The notes under the pieces are model-generated. The model saw nothing but the letters and a program-made list of their open reading frames with translations, ran no database searches and had not been told where the DNA came from. Positions 11,995 to 28,588 of a DNA stretch of 32,000 nucleotides are shown here, in pieces; the stretch's first letter is position 1, and each line of letters begins with the position of its first letter. The position numbers and the translations under genes were made by a program. Location of the stretch: assembly GCF_052908155.1 (NCBI RefSeq), contig NZ_CM128601.1; one strand, given 5' to 3'.

Positions 11995-12206
11995 ATTGCT
12001 CTTTTTTTCTTAAGTTCTTCTCTGCTTATTAAATCTTTCACGGCCTCATCTAAGTAATTGTCTATTAAGTGATTAACTATTTCAGATGGTTTTAGTATCT
12101 CACCGGTCTTATTGCCGATTTCTAGCACTCTTCGTTTTAGCTCCAATTTTCTGTCTTCGTTGATTCTTACAGTTGTGTCTCCGCGCTTTGTTTCTTTTTT
12201 CATCAA
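11991..12206 (-). CDS. ribbon-helix-helix regulator, 71 aa (paralog of 9025..9240)
   Basis: It is 66/71 identical to the E1 copy. About 30 nt of the 5' leader, including the SD, are conserved. Confidence 0.7.
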   Translation of the reverse strand: MMKKETKRGDTTVRINEDRKLELKRRVLEIGNKTGEILKPSEIVNHLIDNYLDEAVKDLISREELKKKRAM

Positions 12207-12274
12207 AGTTTACCTCTATGTCCTGTCAATATATTGCTTCTTAGGAATCTTCGTATCGATAGGTAACTACTATG

Positions 12275-12457
12275 TTATTTTTTTTGGTTTCTTTGGTGGA
12301 TCATGTCTTGTTTTGCGTCGTTTAAGTAGTTTTTTATCATAAAGTGTACAACTTCCGACCATGTAACTATTTGCCCTGTTTTTTGGCTTATCTCAAGGGC
12401 TATCCTAGTAATATCCAGATATGTTGATTCTGTAATTGCTATTGCCTTTCTTTTCAT
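12275..12457 (-). CDS. ribbon-helix-helix-like regulator, 60 aa; first gene of the minus-strand operon, divergent from Rep
   Basis: MKRKAIAITESTYLDITRIALEISQKTGQIVTWSEVVHFMIKNYL has the same strand-helix-G-x-helix layout as the 71-aa protein. It sits next to the operator-like GTTAAC repeats. Confidence 0.55.
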   Translation of the reverse strand: MKRKAIAITESTYLDITRIALEISQKTGQIVTWSEVVHFMIKNYLNDAKQDMIHQRNQKK

Positions 12458-12470
12458 TCGCTCATCTCCA

Positions 12471-14572
<2,102 letters not shown>

Positions 14573-14602
14573 CTGAATTTTTAACATTGAGGAGTCTGAT
14601 TT

Positions 14603-15028
14603 ATGAATCAAATTTATGACAGTTTTCCGTTTCCTTCCCCTGAGGGTTTTACTGCAGGTATGACAATGGCGGGATTTTTTATTCACGCCACTGTCATAAA
14701 TGATGAGGAGTTAAAACCCACGGGTTCTCATTATAACCCTGAGGCTAAACCCAAATATGCCATTGTTATTGCCTATCCGTATGAGGACCGAAAATTAAAA
14801 GTCCGCCGTGAGGAGCATGAGCGATTTTCCTGTACTGAGGAGGATTTTAAATTTTTTAATTCATGTCCTGATTTGCAGGGCAAACCTGTTTATCTCACGG
14901 TGGATGTTAACTCATGGTCGACAGGCTCTGAACGTCATGGTGTCTGGTATCGTTTTATTTCCGGCTCCATGAAACGTTTTGACGGTCAGCCGCTGGGTGC
15001 ACTGCCCGCAGGTAAAGAAAAAGGCTGA
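14603..15028 (+). CDS. putative ssDNA-binding protein (pV analog), assigned by position only
   Basis: A strong SD GAGGAG (14589-14594) precedes it. It is the first gene after Rep, as in other inoviruses. I recognised no motif. Confidence 0.35.
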   Translation: MNQIYDSFPFPSPEGFTAGMTMAGFFIHATVINDEELKPTGSHYNPEAKPKYAIVIAYPYEDRKLKVRREEHERFSCTEEDFKFFNSCPDLQGKPVYLTVDVNSWSTGSERHGVWYRFISGSMKRFDGQPLGALPAGKEKG

Positions 15029-15032
15029 TGAT

Positions 15033-15173
15033 ATGTCTGACGCTGATTTTCTGAACTTTGTTTTATTTGCTGCGCCTGCAATGATTTTATTTTCTTCAGG
15101 TTTTGGCATCGGAATAAAACTGATTCGCGCCTGTGACTCACAAAGCATTACTGTTCAGCGTTATTATGACTGA
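15033..15173 (+). CDS. small single-TM protein (46 aa), candidate minor coat protein (pVII/pIX analog)
   Basis: The translation is MSDADFLNFVLFAAPAMILFSSGFGIGIKLIRA... The position upstream of the major coat gene and the overlap with the next ORF (ATGACTGA) support it. Confidence 0.45.
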   Translation: MSDADFLNFVLFAAPAMILFSSGFGIGIKLIRACDSQSITVQRYYD

Positions 15174-15336
15174 ATTTGATTTCAGCGGTGTTTTATCCGC
15201 ACTGAATTCTGGCGTACAGGACGGGGAGCTTTACTGGGCCGTTCTGTATGTCTGGATTGTCTGCTGGCTTCTTGGCTTTGGTCTTGGTGTTATTTTCACT
15301 CTGGTCTGCCGGATGTTCAGCGATGCTGTTAATTAA
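15166..15336 (+). CDS. small TM protein (56 aa), candidate minor coat protein
   Basis: The translation is MTEFDFSGVLSALNSGVQDGELYWAVLYVWIVCWLLGFGLGVIFTLV... The start overlaps the stop of the preceding ORF. Confidence 0.45.
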   Translation: MTEFDFSGVLSALNSGVQDGELYWAVLYVWIVCWLLGFGLGVIFTLVCRMFSDAVN

Positions 15337-15342
15337 TTTTAA

Positions 15343-15603
<261 letters not shown>

Positions 15604-15618
15604 TAGTTATTTAACGAC

Positions 15619-15642
15619 AGCGCCCTTCGGGGCGCTTTTTTA
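15619..15642 (+). terminator. rho-independent terminator after the major coat gene
   Basis: AGCGCCC-TTCG-GGGCGCT is followed by TTTTTT. Confidence 0.85.
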
Positions 15643-15662
15643 ATCATTTCAGGAGTTTTTGC

Positions 15663-16895
15663 TTGATTCGTCTTATTTTTCCGTTTCTGTTTTTGTTCTT
15701 TTCTTCGCTTTCTTTTGCTGAGGAGAAAGAAGATCCGGATAAGCTTGTTCAGTGTTTTGGCCGTTTCAACTGCAGAACAGCTTATTCAGATGCGGGAGCA
15801 TCGATTAAATTAGCCAGGGGAGCTGGTCATATTTATTGTGGTTCCAGTGGTTACGACGCGTGCTCCGGAATAATTCATTATTGCGGTAGTAAGCTATCAG
15901 ACTCGTCTAGCGCGCCTTCCACCGTTGGGGTTTTTGTCCATGCCCGGTGGTCCGCATATAAAGTCTGGGATTTAGAGAAGCGAGAGTGGGAAACCTGCAC
16001 TCTTGATTTTCAGGGTGGTGAGGGGGATTTGACACCTGAATATAATAAGCCGCCAACTGACGAGATTTGTCTTTCTCGTCCGGTTCTTGATGGTATGACT
16101 TTTCCTGGTGTTTATAAAGGTGATGACGGGACCCGTTATGTTAATGTGCAGGGGTGTATTTATGAGGCAACCGGCAATCCTTTTATTTGTAATCCCGATG
16201 ATGATACGGTTTGTACTGCCAACTGGAAACCAGTTGCTGTAGATCCTGCATTCTCCGATGATAAGGAGGATGGCGGTAGCTCAGGTGGTGGTAACTCAGG
16301 CGGCGGCAGCTCAGGTGGTGGCAGTTCTGGCGGTGGCAGCTCTGGCGGTGGCAGCTCAGGTGGTGGTAACTCAGGCGGCGGCAGCTCAGGTGGTGGTAAC
16401 TCAGGCGGTGGCAGTTCCTCCGGCGATGGCTGGCTTGGTGATATTCTTGGCTGGTTGCAGCGTATTTGGGTTTCAGTGAATGATTTGAATAGTTTCTTTT
16501 CTTTTTCTCAGGCTGATGTAAATAATTCACTGAATACTTTTGATGACCAGCTGTCTGATATTGTTAAAAATGAATCGGGTGATTCATCAAATGATTATGA
16601 TTCTTTAATCTCTCAGTTTATTGATAAGCTACCTAAGGAGTGGTTATTTATTGATTTCGACAAGTTATTTTTTCCTGGTAATCATCGTTCTGATGGGGCT
16701 CAGCCACTTGAGGTTGATTTTTCATTTTATCTTCCGGTGATTGGGACTGTACATTTTACAGTTGACACATCCGATTTTTCATCAGCTTATTATTTGTTGT
16801 TAAGGCCTGTTCTGGAATATTTTATTTATGCACTTACTGTTTTTCGTCTTTATTTTGTTTACCGTCGCGCCCTGATGCGTCATGCTGAGGTTTAG
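15663..16895 (+). CDS. pIII-like adsorption / minor coat protein (410 aa, TTG start)
   Basis: AGGAG lies 7 nt upstream of the TTG. It has a signal peptide, a Cys-containing N-terminal domain, a long Gly/Ser linker and a C-terminal hydrophobic anchor, which is the classical g3p layout. Confidence 0.7.
   Translation: MIRLIFPFLFLFFSSLSFAEEKEDPDKLVQCFGRFNCRTAYSDAGASIKLARGAGHIYCGSSGYDACSGIIHYCGSKLSDSSSAPSTVGVFVHARWSAYKVWDLEKREWETCTLDFQGGEGDLTPEYNKPPTDEICLSRPVLDGMTFPGVYKGDDGTRYVNVQGCIYEATGNPFICNPDDDTVCTANWKPVAVDPAFSDDKEDGGSSGGGNSGGGSSGGGSSGGGSSGGGSSGGGNSGGGSSGGGNSGGGSSSGDGWLGDILGWLQRIWVSVNDLNSFFSFSQADVNNSLNTFDDQLSDIVKNESGDSSNDYDSLISQFIDKLPKEWLFIDFDKLFFPGNHRSDGAQPLEVDFSFYLPVIGTVHFTVDTSDFSSAYYLLLRPVLEYFIYALTVFRLYFVYRRALMRHAEV
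16272..16430 (+). repeat. in-frame 15-bp tandem repeats encoding (S/N)SGGG x ~9 in the pIII-like linker
   Basis: The peptide reads GGSSGGGNSGGGSSGGGSSGGGSSGGGSSGGGNSGGGSSGGGNSGGGSSSGDG. The DNA units are near-identical (GGTGGTGGTAACTCA / GGCGGCGGCAGCTCA). Confidence 0.9.
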
Positions 16896-16897
16896 TT

Positions 16898-17260
16898 ATG
16901 GTTGTTTTTATTAATTTCATTTATTCTTTTGTGCTTATTATTTTCAGGAGGCTGCTACCTTTCCTCAGAAATAAGTTTCCTTCTGCTTTTTCTTATGCGG
17001 GTACATTAACGTATCTTTTTATGTCGATTTCTCTTGCTGTAAGTTTTATTATTGCAGCAAACTCTGTTATTGATACTGTTTCTTCTTCTGCTGTTATGAA
17101 CAGGTACCTTATTATTGCGTTCAGCTATTTACCCCATAACTTTACATTTTGCGCAAATCTCATTATCGCCGCTGATTTTATTTCTTTTCTTTTTCACTCA
17201 AAGGAACGTATTTATCGATATATTCGCTTGTTTATATCAGGGAAAATACCGGGAGGCTAA
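16898..17260 (+). CDS. pVI-like minor coat / membrane protein (120 aa)
   Basis: It is a multi-TM hydrophobic protein between the pIII-like and pI-like genes, tightly packed against both. Confidence 0.55.
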   Translation: MVVFINFIYSFVLIIFRRLLPFLRNKFPSAFSYAGTLTYLFMSISLAVSFIIAANSVIDTVSSSAVMNRYLIIAFSYLPHNFTFCANLIIAADFISFLFHSKERIYRYIRLFISGKIPGG

Positions 17261-18475
<1,215 letters not shown>

Positions 18476-18555
18476 GACAGAAGAGATACCGCTCGCCGCA
18501 AGTTTATGACCGAACGTAGTGAGCGAATAAACGAGGAAGCGGAATGTCTTCATGA

Positions 18556-19809
<1,254 letters not shown>

Positions 19810-19862
19810 GTGCCGACCGGGATTATCAGGACGCGGCATCTCAGTTTACCCACCACAACGTC

Positions 19863-19890
19863 AGTGCGCATAATGTATATTATGTTAAAT
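19863..19890 (+). other. dif: chromosomal dif site (XerCD recombination site), functional-looking
   Basis: AGTGCGCATAA-TGTATA-TTATGTTAAAT matches the canonical E. coli dif GGTGCGCATAATGTATATTATGTTAAAT at 27 of 28 positions. Only the outermost XerC-arm base differs (A, as in the phage attP copy). Confidence 0.9.
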
Positions 19891-20182
19891 ATGATGGGTT
19901 TGTTCTTAAGTTCATGTGTTCCGCTCTTTCAGTAGCTTAACTGATGAATCAGTCAGCAGCTCTTGCCGTGCAAGCTACGCGGCGGTTCGTACCAGATTGG
20001 CCACCTCCATCTCCTGGTTCGCTTTCCCCTCCCCCCGGTAAACCTCACCCAACGTTAATTAATGATGTCAGTATGTGGGCGCTATCCTTGTATGTAAAAT
20101 CCACTGACGATTACGCCCATCTGTGAAAAAAACTCACAATGCCATTCGATGCATCTCCATACTGAACGAGGCGTTATCGTCT

Positions 20183-21082
20183 TTATCGCCCCGTAGTGGA
20201 TATCAGAAAATCAATCAGGGCCTTCACTCTTTTCGTTTTACCCGCGTTTTTGGGGTAATAGAGATACACTGGCGGGTAGGTTTTCCAGTAGCTCTCCATC
20301 ACCGGAATAAAGCGCTCCCTGTCCGGCTGTAACTGCCAGACAGGCTCAAACAAGCGCCCAATTCCCAGCCCGTTACGGATCCCGTCTGCCATAACGTCAA
20401 TATCGTTGCTGATTAACTGCCCCGGCATCTCAACGGTCAACTGCTCACCGCGATCGTTCAGGAGCAGCGGAAGGATGCGGTTGTTGGTGATAAAACGGTA
20501 ACCAATCAGCTGGTGATGACAGAGATCTGCCGGCACTTCAGGCGTTCCATGTCGGGAGAGATACGCTGAGGATGCATATAATCCTTCACGAAACGGTTTC
20601 ATTAACGGTCGGGCCACCACCCCTCCCTCAAGAATATCGCCAAAACGGATCCCCAGATCAAAACCCTCTTTGATGATATTCACGGTACCGTCGTAGACCG
20701 AAATTTCTAACTGTATACCCGGATATTGCTGACAGAATTCTGCCATCGCAGGCTTAAGAATTAACAGGTAGGCAAAACGCGAGAGCGTAATTCGCACCAT
20801 CCCAGAGGGCTCCTGATGCTGGTCGCGAATGCTTTCAAGTGAGTTTTCCAGCGACTCCACCGCCGCAGCGGTCTGTTCCAGCAATAATTGACCGGTTTCC
20901 GTCAGCTCTATACGGCGGGTCGTACGCACAAAAAGCGGATGGCCGATATACTCTTCCAGCAGCTTTAGTGCATTGCTGACGGAGGGAGGCGTAATTTCCA
21001 GTTTCCTTGCGGCTGCCGAAATATTGCCCTCCCGCGCAATGCTCTGGAAGATGCGAATCTGGTTATAAAGAGCGTTATTCAT
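20183..21082 (-). CDS. LysR-family transcriptional regulator (299 aa)
   Basis: It has an N-terminal LysR HTH (IFQSIAREGNISAAARKLEITPPSVSNALKLLEEYIGHPLFVRTTRR) and a substrate-binding domain. It is divergent from the downstream cluster. Confidence 0.85.
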   Translation of the reverse strand: MNNALYNQIRIFQSIAREGNISAAARKLEITPPSVSNALKLLEEYIGHPLFVRTTRRIELTETGQLLLEQTAAAVESLENSLESIRDQHQEPSGMVRITLSRFAYLLILKPAMAEFCQQYPGIQLEISVYDGTVNIIKEGFDLGIRFGDILEGGVVARPLMKPFREGLYASSAYLSRHGTPEVPADLCHHQLIGYRFITNNRILPLLLNDRGEQLTVEMPGQLISNDIDVMADGIRNGLGIGRLFEPVWQLQPDRERFIPVMESYWKTYPPVYLYYPKNAGKTKRVKALIDFLISTTGR

Positions 21083-21114
21083 AATGTTTTCCTAAAGCAA
21101 TTCTCGCCTGATTA

Positions 21115-21139
21115 TTAAGTACAGTCTAAAAATGCTTAA
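21115..21139. promoter_or_regulatory. candidate LysR box (T-N11-A type inverted repeat)
   Basis: TTAAGTA-N11-TGCTTAA lies in the divergent intergenic region. Confidence 0.4.
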
Positions 21140-21218
21140 GTCAATGACCCTCTAATCTTCCTGAAATACGCCTCTTATACTTTAGTCTCTTTCTACTACG
21201 ACCTGAGTTCAGGAGACT

Positions 21219-21530
21219 ATGATGCGAATTTTATGTCTGGATATCCCTGCCCCTGGAGCATCGCTGGAGAAATATGCTCCGCACCTCAACGCTGAAGCGC
21301 TGCACGCCTGGGGATTGTATAAATCAGGCTTCATCCGCGACATCTACTTCCGTCAGGACAGACCTGGCGTCGCTATTTTTCTTGAATGTGACTCTGTCGA
21401 TGAAGCGATGAACGTTATGGCCGAATTCCCGTTGGCAAAAGCAGGCTTACTAAGCTTCGAGTGTATACCGCTTGGCTCCTTTATTAACTGGGAAAATCTC
21501 TTCGCCGATGAATTTAAAAATAAAGAGTGA
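21219..21530 (+). CDS. small alpha+beta protein, muconolactone-isomerase-like (103 aa)
   Basis: The size and the pattern of hydrophobic strands and helices (ILCLDIPAPGASLEKY...VAIFLECDSVDEAMNVMAEFPLAKAGLLSFECIPL) recall the MIase/dimeric ferredoxin-like fold. The family call is tentative. Confidence 0.4.
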   Translation: MMRILCLDIPAPGASLEKYAPHLNAEALHAWGLYKSGFIRDIYFRQDRPGVAIFLECDSVDEAMNVMAEFPLAKAGLLSFECIPLGSFINWENLFADEFKNKE

Positions 21531-21538
21531 GGACCGAT

Positions 21539-22226
21539 ATGAAACCTGCATATAAACCAGTGCTATGTGTCGTTTCCAGCCATCCGATTAAAGGCGCATC
21601 CGGTGTACCAACCGGTTTTTTCCTGGCCGAGCTGACTCATCCGCTGAAAGTACTGGAAGATGCCGGAATAAAAACAACAATAGCCAGTATTCGCGGGGGG
21701 CAGCCACCGGTGGATGGATTTGACCTCAGCGACCCTGTTAACGCCTGGTACTGGAACGAAACCGATTTTCAGCAGCGCCTGGCAACAACCTGCGTTATCC
21801 GAGCTGAAAGGTGCCGATTACAGCGCAGTTTTCTTTGCAGGTGGTCATGGGACCATGTGGGATTTCCGTGATAATCAGGATGCCCAGCGTATTATCCGCG
21901 AAGTGTATGAAAGTGATGGGATTGTCTCAGCCGTCTGCCACGGGCCTGCGGCATTGGTTGACGCAAAACTCAGTAGCGGCGAATACCTGATAAAAGGGAA
22001 AAATGTGGCGGCCTTTACCAACAAGGAAGAGGAAGAAGTTCACACAACAGATGTGGTTCCCTTCCTGCTTGAAACCGCACTTCGCGAGCATGGTGCGCTT
22101 TATCATGAAGCTCCAAACTGGTCTGAAAACGTGGTTACCGACGATCGCCTTATCACGGGGCAGAATCCCGCTTCAGCACATGGGGTTGGTGTGGCGCTGT
22201 TAAATGCACTCCGCCGGACAGCTTAA
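21539..22226 (+). pseudogene. DJ-1/PfpI (type 1 glutamine amidotransferase-like) gene with a -1 frameshift near 21787-21792
   Basis: The N-terminal frame (MKPAYKPVLCVVSSHP...NETDFQQRLATT) and the C-terminal frame (PALSELKGADYSAVFFAGGHGTMWDF...AVCHGPAAL...) are contiguous homologous halves in different frames. Confidence 0.7.
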
Positions 22227-22263
22227 TTAATTCATCGTTACTCACCTTACTTGGCCGGTTTAA

Positions 22264-24709
<2,446 letters not shown>

Positions 24710-25308
24710 TCAGACGCGCCAATGAAATCCTTAACGCTTCCGGTTATTCCCTCAGTGCAGTACAAAATCACTACAGCCTGCTCTATCGCGCTTCTGAAGA
24801 GGCCGGGATCCTTGATTATTGCCGACAAAATAACATCACGTTCTTTGCTTACATGGTCCTGGAGCAAGGCGCGCTCAGTGGTCGTTATGATTCAAATCAT
24901 CCCATGCCTGCCGGGAGTGGCCGGGCCGAAAGTTATAACGCCGTACTGCCGCAGATAGAAAGACTAACCGCCGCCATGAAAAAAATGGGAGCCGAAAGGA
25001 ATGCCAGCGTGGCACAGATAGCCATCGCATGGGCTATTGTGAAAGGTACCCTTCCCCTCGTTGGTGCGACTAAAGTCCATCACGTTCTGGACGCCGCCTG
25101 CGCTTCAGACATCCAGTTACGCGATGAGGAAATCATCCTGCTGGAACAACTCGCCGCAGAGACCAGAGTGGATACACGAGGTGCCTGGGAAAAACCGATG
25201 GTGTAAAGCCCGTCCGGAACAGACTGTCATGAATGACACACACGAACGGGCTGTTCCGGGTGATTCTAATCTGTATCACTTTTACTGCTTTGTATGAATG
25301 GTGAGAAT

Positions 25309-25987
25309 ATGAAAATCATTTGCCTCGAAGAAAATTATCTCGACAGCGAGTTAGGGCGAGCGTGTATGCCTGTTGCGCTTGAGCAGGCACCTTTCCTTGG
25401 CGACTGGGGGAAAACCGTCGCTGATGGTCATAATCCTGACCGACTCCCTGCTTTCCCGCTTTAATAAACTGAATGTGCCACTCTATCTTCATCCCGGGTT
25501 ACCGCTTAAAAGCGTACAGCAGGCCTACTTCACGGGCTTCAGCGCAGAGGTCAACGCCAGGCTTTCTATGTTTGCCTGGGGCTGGCATCACGAAGCGGGG
25601 ATCCATTTGTTGCGGCTGATGTTATCGGGTGCATTTGATAAATATCCCCACTTGCAGGTAATCAGTGGCCACTGGGGGGAGATGTTACCCTTCTGGCTCC
25701 AGCGTCTTGATGACAGCCTACCACTGGCTGCAACGGGTCTGTCACGCACGCTAACGAGAACCTTCCAGGAACACGTTTACGTTACCCCGTCAGGTATGCT
25801 GACACTGCCGCACTTCAAGTTTATCTACGAGTTAATGGGGGCAGAAAGGATCCTGTTCTCCGTCGATTATCCCTATCAGACCCTGGACGGTGTAAAAACC
25901 TTTATAGACAGTCTGCCCGTCAACAAGGCTGAAAAAGAGGCCATCGCATTTCGCAATGCAGAACGTTTACTGTGCATCACGGCGTAG
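25309..25987 (+). pseudogene. amidohydrolase-2 (ACMSD-like) gene with an internal deletion/frameshift
   Basis: The N-terminal 51 codons (MKIICLEENYLDSEL...) stop at 25462-25464. The C-terminal homology (...NVPLYLHPGLP...SGHWGEMLPFWLQRLD...FSVDYPY) continues in another frame. The combined length is about 100 aa shorter than is typical for the family. Confidence 0.6.
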
Positions 25988-26137
25988 TTCACGGGGTCGT
26001 GATGACCGGTACAATGAGAACAGTTGACCATTATTAGTTTTTGTCTAAAAGTGAATAAGTCTTTACTGCTCTAAAAAAAATAATGGTGTCACTCTATACT
26101 GGGTTAAACATTCACCAAATATAATTAACTCATTGAA

Positions 26138-26710
26138 ATGAAAAATATCCTTATTGTTTCAGGCCATCCTGAGCTTACCCATTCCGTCGCCAATGCCACG
26201 ATCCTTGATGAAGTGGCGACCGCCCTTCCCGATGCTGAAATTCGTCGTCTGGACTGGCTCTATCCGGACGGCAAATTCAATATCGCTGCGGAGCAGGAAA
26301 GCCTGCTCAGGGCCGATGTGATTGTCTGGCAGTTTCCTTTTTCCTGGTATGGGCTGCCCGGGTTAATGAAACAATGGCTGGACGAGGTCTTTGTCCACGG
26401 CTTCGCGCATGGCTCAACGGCGAAACTGGGCGGTAAAAAGCTGATCCTCTCCTTTACAACGGGAGCGCCAGAGGAGCTCTATACCGTCGACAGTTTCTTT
26501 GGCCATACCATTGAAGAGTATCTTATTCCGTTCGAAACCACGGCAAGGCTGTGCAATCTTGAGCTGCTGGCGCCGGTTTATACCTGCGGTATCAGCTATG
26601 CCGATCGGGATGCCGACAAACTCGCGCAGCAAAAAACGCTTGCCTGGGAACACGCTTCAAGGCTTGTCGATCTGCTCAATTCCGTCGTGAATAATCCAGA
26701 GGGAGAATAA
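26138..26710 (+). CDS. flavodoxin-like-fold NAD(P)H oxidoreductase (KefF/MdaB/GSP14-like, 190 aa)
   Basis: ILIVSGHPELTHSVANATILDE...ADVIVWQFPFSWYGLPGLMKQWLDEVF is typical of the Flavodoxin_2 family. Confidence 0.75.
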   Translation: MKNILIVSGHPELTHSVANATILDEVATALPDAEIRRLDWLYPDGKFNIAAEQESLLRADVIVWQFPFSWYGLPGLMKQWLDEVFVHGFAHGSTAKLGGKKLILSFTTGAPEELYTVDSFFGHTIEEYLIPFETTARLCNLELLAPVYTCGISYADRDADKLAQQKTLAWEHASRLVDLLNSVVNNPEGE

Positions 26711-26712
26711 CA

Positions 26713-27732
26713 ATGCAGTATACCCGGCTCGGTAAAAGTGACTTACTTGTTTCCCGCATCTGCATGGGATGCATGGGGTTTGGCGATCCGTCGACGGGTC
26801 AGCATAGCTGGACGCTGGACGAAACAGCAAGCCGCGACATCATTCGCTATGGCCTTGAAAAGGGCATCAACTTTTACGATACCGCTATAGCCTACCAGAA
26901 TGGCTCCAGTGAGCGATACGTTGGCCGGGCATTACGGGAGATGGCGAAACGCGATGATATCGTCCTGGCCACCAAGTTTCTGCCGCGAACCCCCGCACAA
27001 ATTGCCGGAGGGATCAGCGGAAAAGAGGCAATCGCTCAATCCCTTGACCAGAGCCTGAAGAATCTGGGGATGGACTATATCGACCTCTACATCTACCACA
27101 TCTGGGATTACAACACGCCCATTATCGACGTGCTTGAAGCGTTACATACCGCTGTTACTGCTGGCAAAGTACGAGCTGTTGGTATTTCAAACTGCTATGC
27201 CTGGCAGCTGGCGAAGGCGAACGCCCTTGCTGAACGCGAAGGGCTGACGCCCTTTGTTTCCGTACAGAGCCACTACAATCTAATTATGCGCGAAGATGAA
27301 CGGGAGCTCTTCGGCCTGTGCACTGAGGATAATATCGCAATGACCCCCTATAGCGCGCTGGCCAGCGGCCGCCTCTCTCGTAAAGAAGGCTATACACGGC
27401 GAGCCACAGAGGATGACTATGCGCGTGGAAAATATGACAGCACGGCTGAACAGGATCGCAGCATTATTGAGCGTGTAGCCGAACTGGCCGAACGTCATCT
27501 GGTGTCAATGACGGAAATATCTCTCGCTTGGCTGCTGACAAAAGTCACATCACCTGTCGTAGGGGCTACAAAAAAAGCTCATGTCGATGGCGCGGTAAAC
27601 GCAGTAAATCTTCAACTAAGTCCGGAGGAAATTCAGTTTCTGGAAGAAACCTACCAGCCGCATGTTCTGACGGGGATCATGGCGCAAAATACGCCGCAAA
27701 CGAAAGATGTTAAGCAGGTCTGGATGCGATAG
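26713..27732 (+). CDS. aldo/keto reductase (339 aa)
   Basis: MQYTRLGKSDLLVSRICMGCMGFG...FYDTAIAY...GISNCYAWQL are AKR family motifs. It starts 3 nt after the previous gene. Confidence 0.85.
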   Translation: MQYTRLGKSDLLVSRICMGCMGFGDPSTGQHSWTLDETASRDIIRYGLEKGINFYDTAIAYQNGSSERYVGRALREMAKRDDIVLATKFLPRTPAQIAGGISGKEAIAQSLDQSLKNLGMDYIDLYIYHIWDYNTPIIDVLEALHTAVTAGKVRAVGISNCYAWQLAKANALAEREGLTPFVSVQSHYNLIMREDERELFGLCTEDNIAMTPYSALASGRLSRKEGYTRRATEDDYARGKYDSTAEQDRSIIERVAELAERHLVSMTEISLAWLLTKVTSPVVGATKKAHVDGAVNAVNLQLSPEEIQFLEETYQPHVLTGIMAQNTPQTKDVKQVWMR

Positions 27733-27847
27733 CCCTTATTCACTTTTCCTCCTCTCGTCTTTGAGAGCGCCAGTAGCGGTCGGTTACGTTCTTACCAGCA
27801 CCAGTTGATCGAACGTCTTAAACAGTAATGTCAGTAAAAAGATCATC

Positions 27848-28573
27848 GTGAAAAAGACTTTTATGCTTTTAATTTGCATGCTAATAAGCAGCCCTGTCTT
27901 TGCAACAAAACCGGACGCGCCGAATAAGCCGGAGATGAATATCTTCGAGCTCGGCATCAGACCCGATCGGGACAACGACTTTGCAGACGTGGCCAGACAG
28001 ACGATTTCCGCTTCGGTTGATCATGAAGCAGGTACACTGGCGATGTATGCCCTGCAACGCAGCGACAATTCAGGTCAGGCATTCATGTTCGAACTCTATG
28101 AAAATGAGCGTGCTTATCGCAAACATCTCAATGCCGCCCCATACAAAGCATTCGCTGCTCGTGCACCTGACATTATTGACAGGAAGAAGAAAATTACCCT
28201 GGAGCCACAGTTTCTGGGCGACAAACACATCATACCGAATGAACGAACTATCAATAATCTGGTGATCGTCGAAGTAAAGCCTGAATTTCAGAGCGAATTT
28301 AGAAACATCGTCCTTCCTGAAATGGTCGAGTCGCTCAAAGTAGAGAAAGGCGTGTTAGCCATGTATGCCGGTACAGATTCAGAGACTCCAAAACGCTGGT
28401 ATTTCTATGAGATTTACGCCAGTGAGGAGGATTATCAACTGCACCGACAAACGCTGCACTTCCTGGATTACCTCAGGCAAACGGCGCATATGAGCGCCAG
28501 GAAGGACGCAATCCCGGTAAAACCGGTATTTCTTCGTAACAAAGGCGGAATCAAACAGGAGCCGCAACGTTGA
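27848..28573 (+). CDS. tandem ABM (antibiotic-biosynthesis-monooxygenase-like) domain protein with a predicted signal peptide (241 aa, GTG start)
   Basis: It has two ~95-aa ferredoxin-like repeats (…AMYALQRSDNSGQAFMFELYENERAYRKHL… and …AMYAGTDSETPKRWYFYEIYASEEDYQLHRQT…). The N-terminus is MKKTFMLLICMLISSPVFA. Confidence 0.6.
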   Translation: MKKTFMLLICMLISSPVFATKPDAPNKPEMNIFELGIRPDRDNDFADVARQTISASVDHEAGTLAMYALQRSDNSGQAFMFELYENERAYRKHLNAAPYKAFAARAPDIIDRKKKITLEPQFLGDKHIIPNERTINNLVIVEVKPEFQSEFRNIVLPEMVESLKVEKGVLAMYAGTDSETPKRWYFYEIYASEEDYQLHRQTLHFLDYLRQTAHMSARKDAIPVKPVFLRNKGGIKQEPQR

Positions 28574-28588
28574 CCAGTAAGGATTAAC

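Noticed and set aside
16183-16530. ORFs in other frames across the pIII linker (a 115-aa His/Arg/Ser-rich ORF, and the 73-aa Ala/Val-rich ORF 16258..16479)
   Set aside because: They are artefacts of the 15-bp tandem repeat, which is open in several frames.
19944-20332. Two ~60-70-aa ORFs just to the right of dif
   Set aside because: One is Pro/Ser-rich with no RBS. The other is antisense to the 3' end of the LysR gene.
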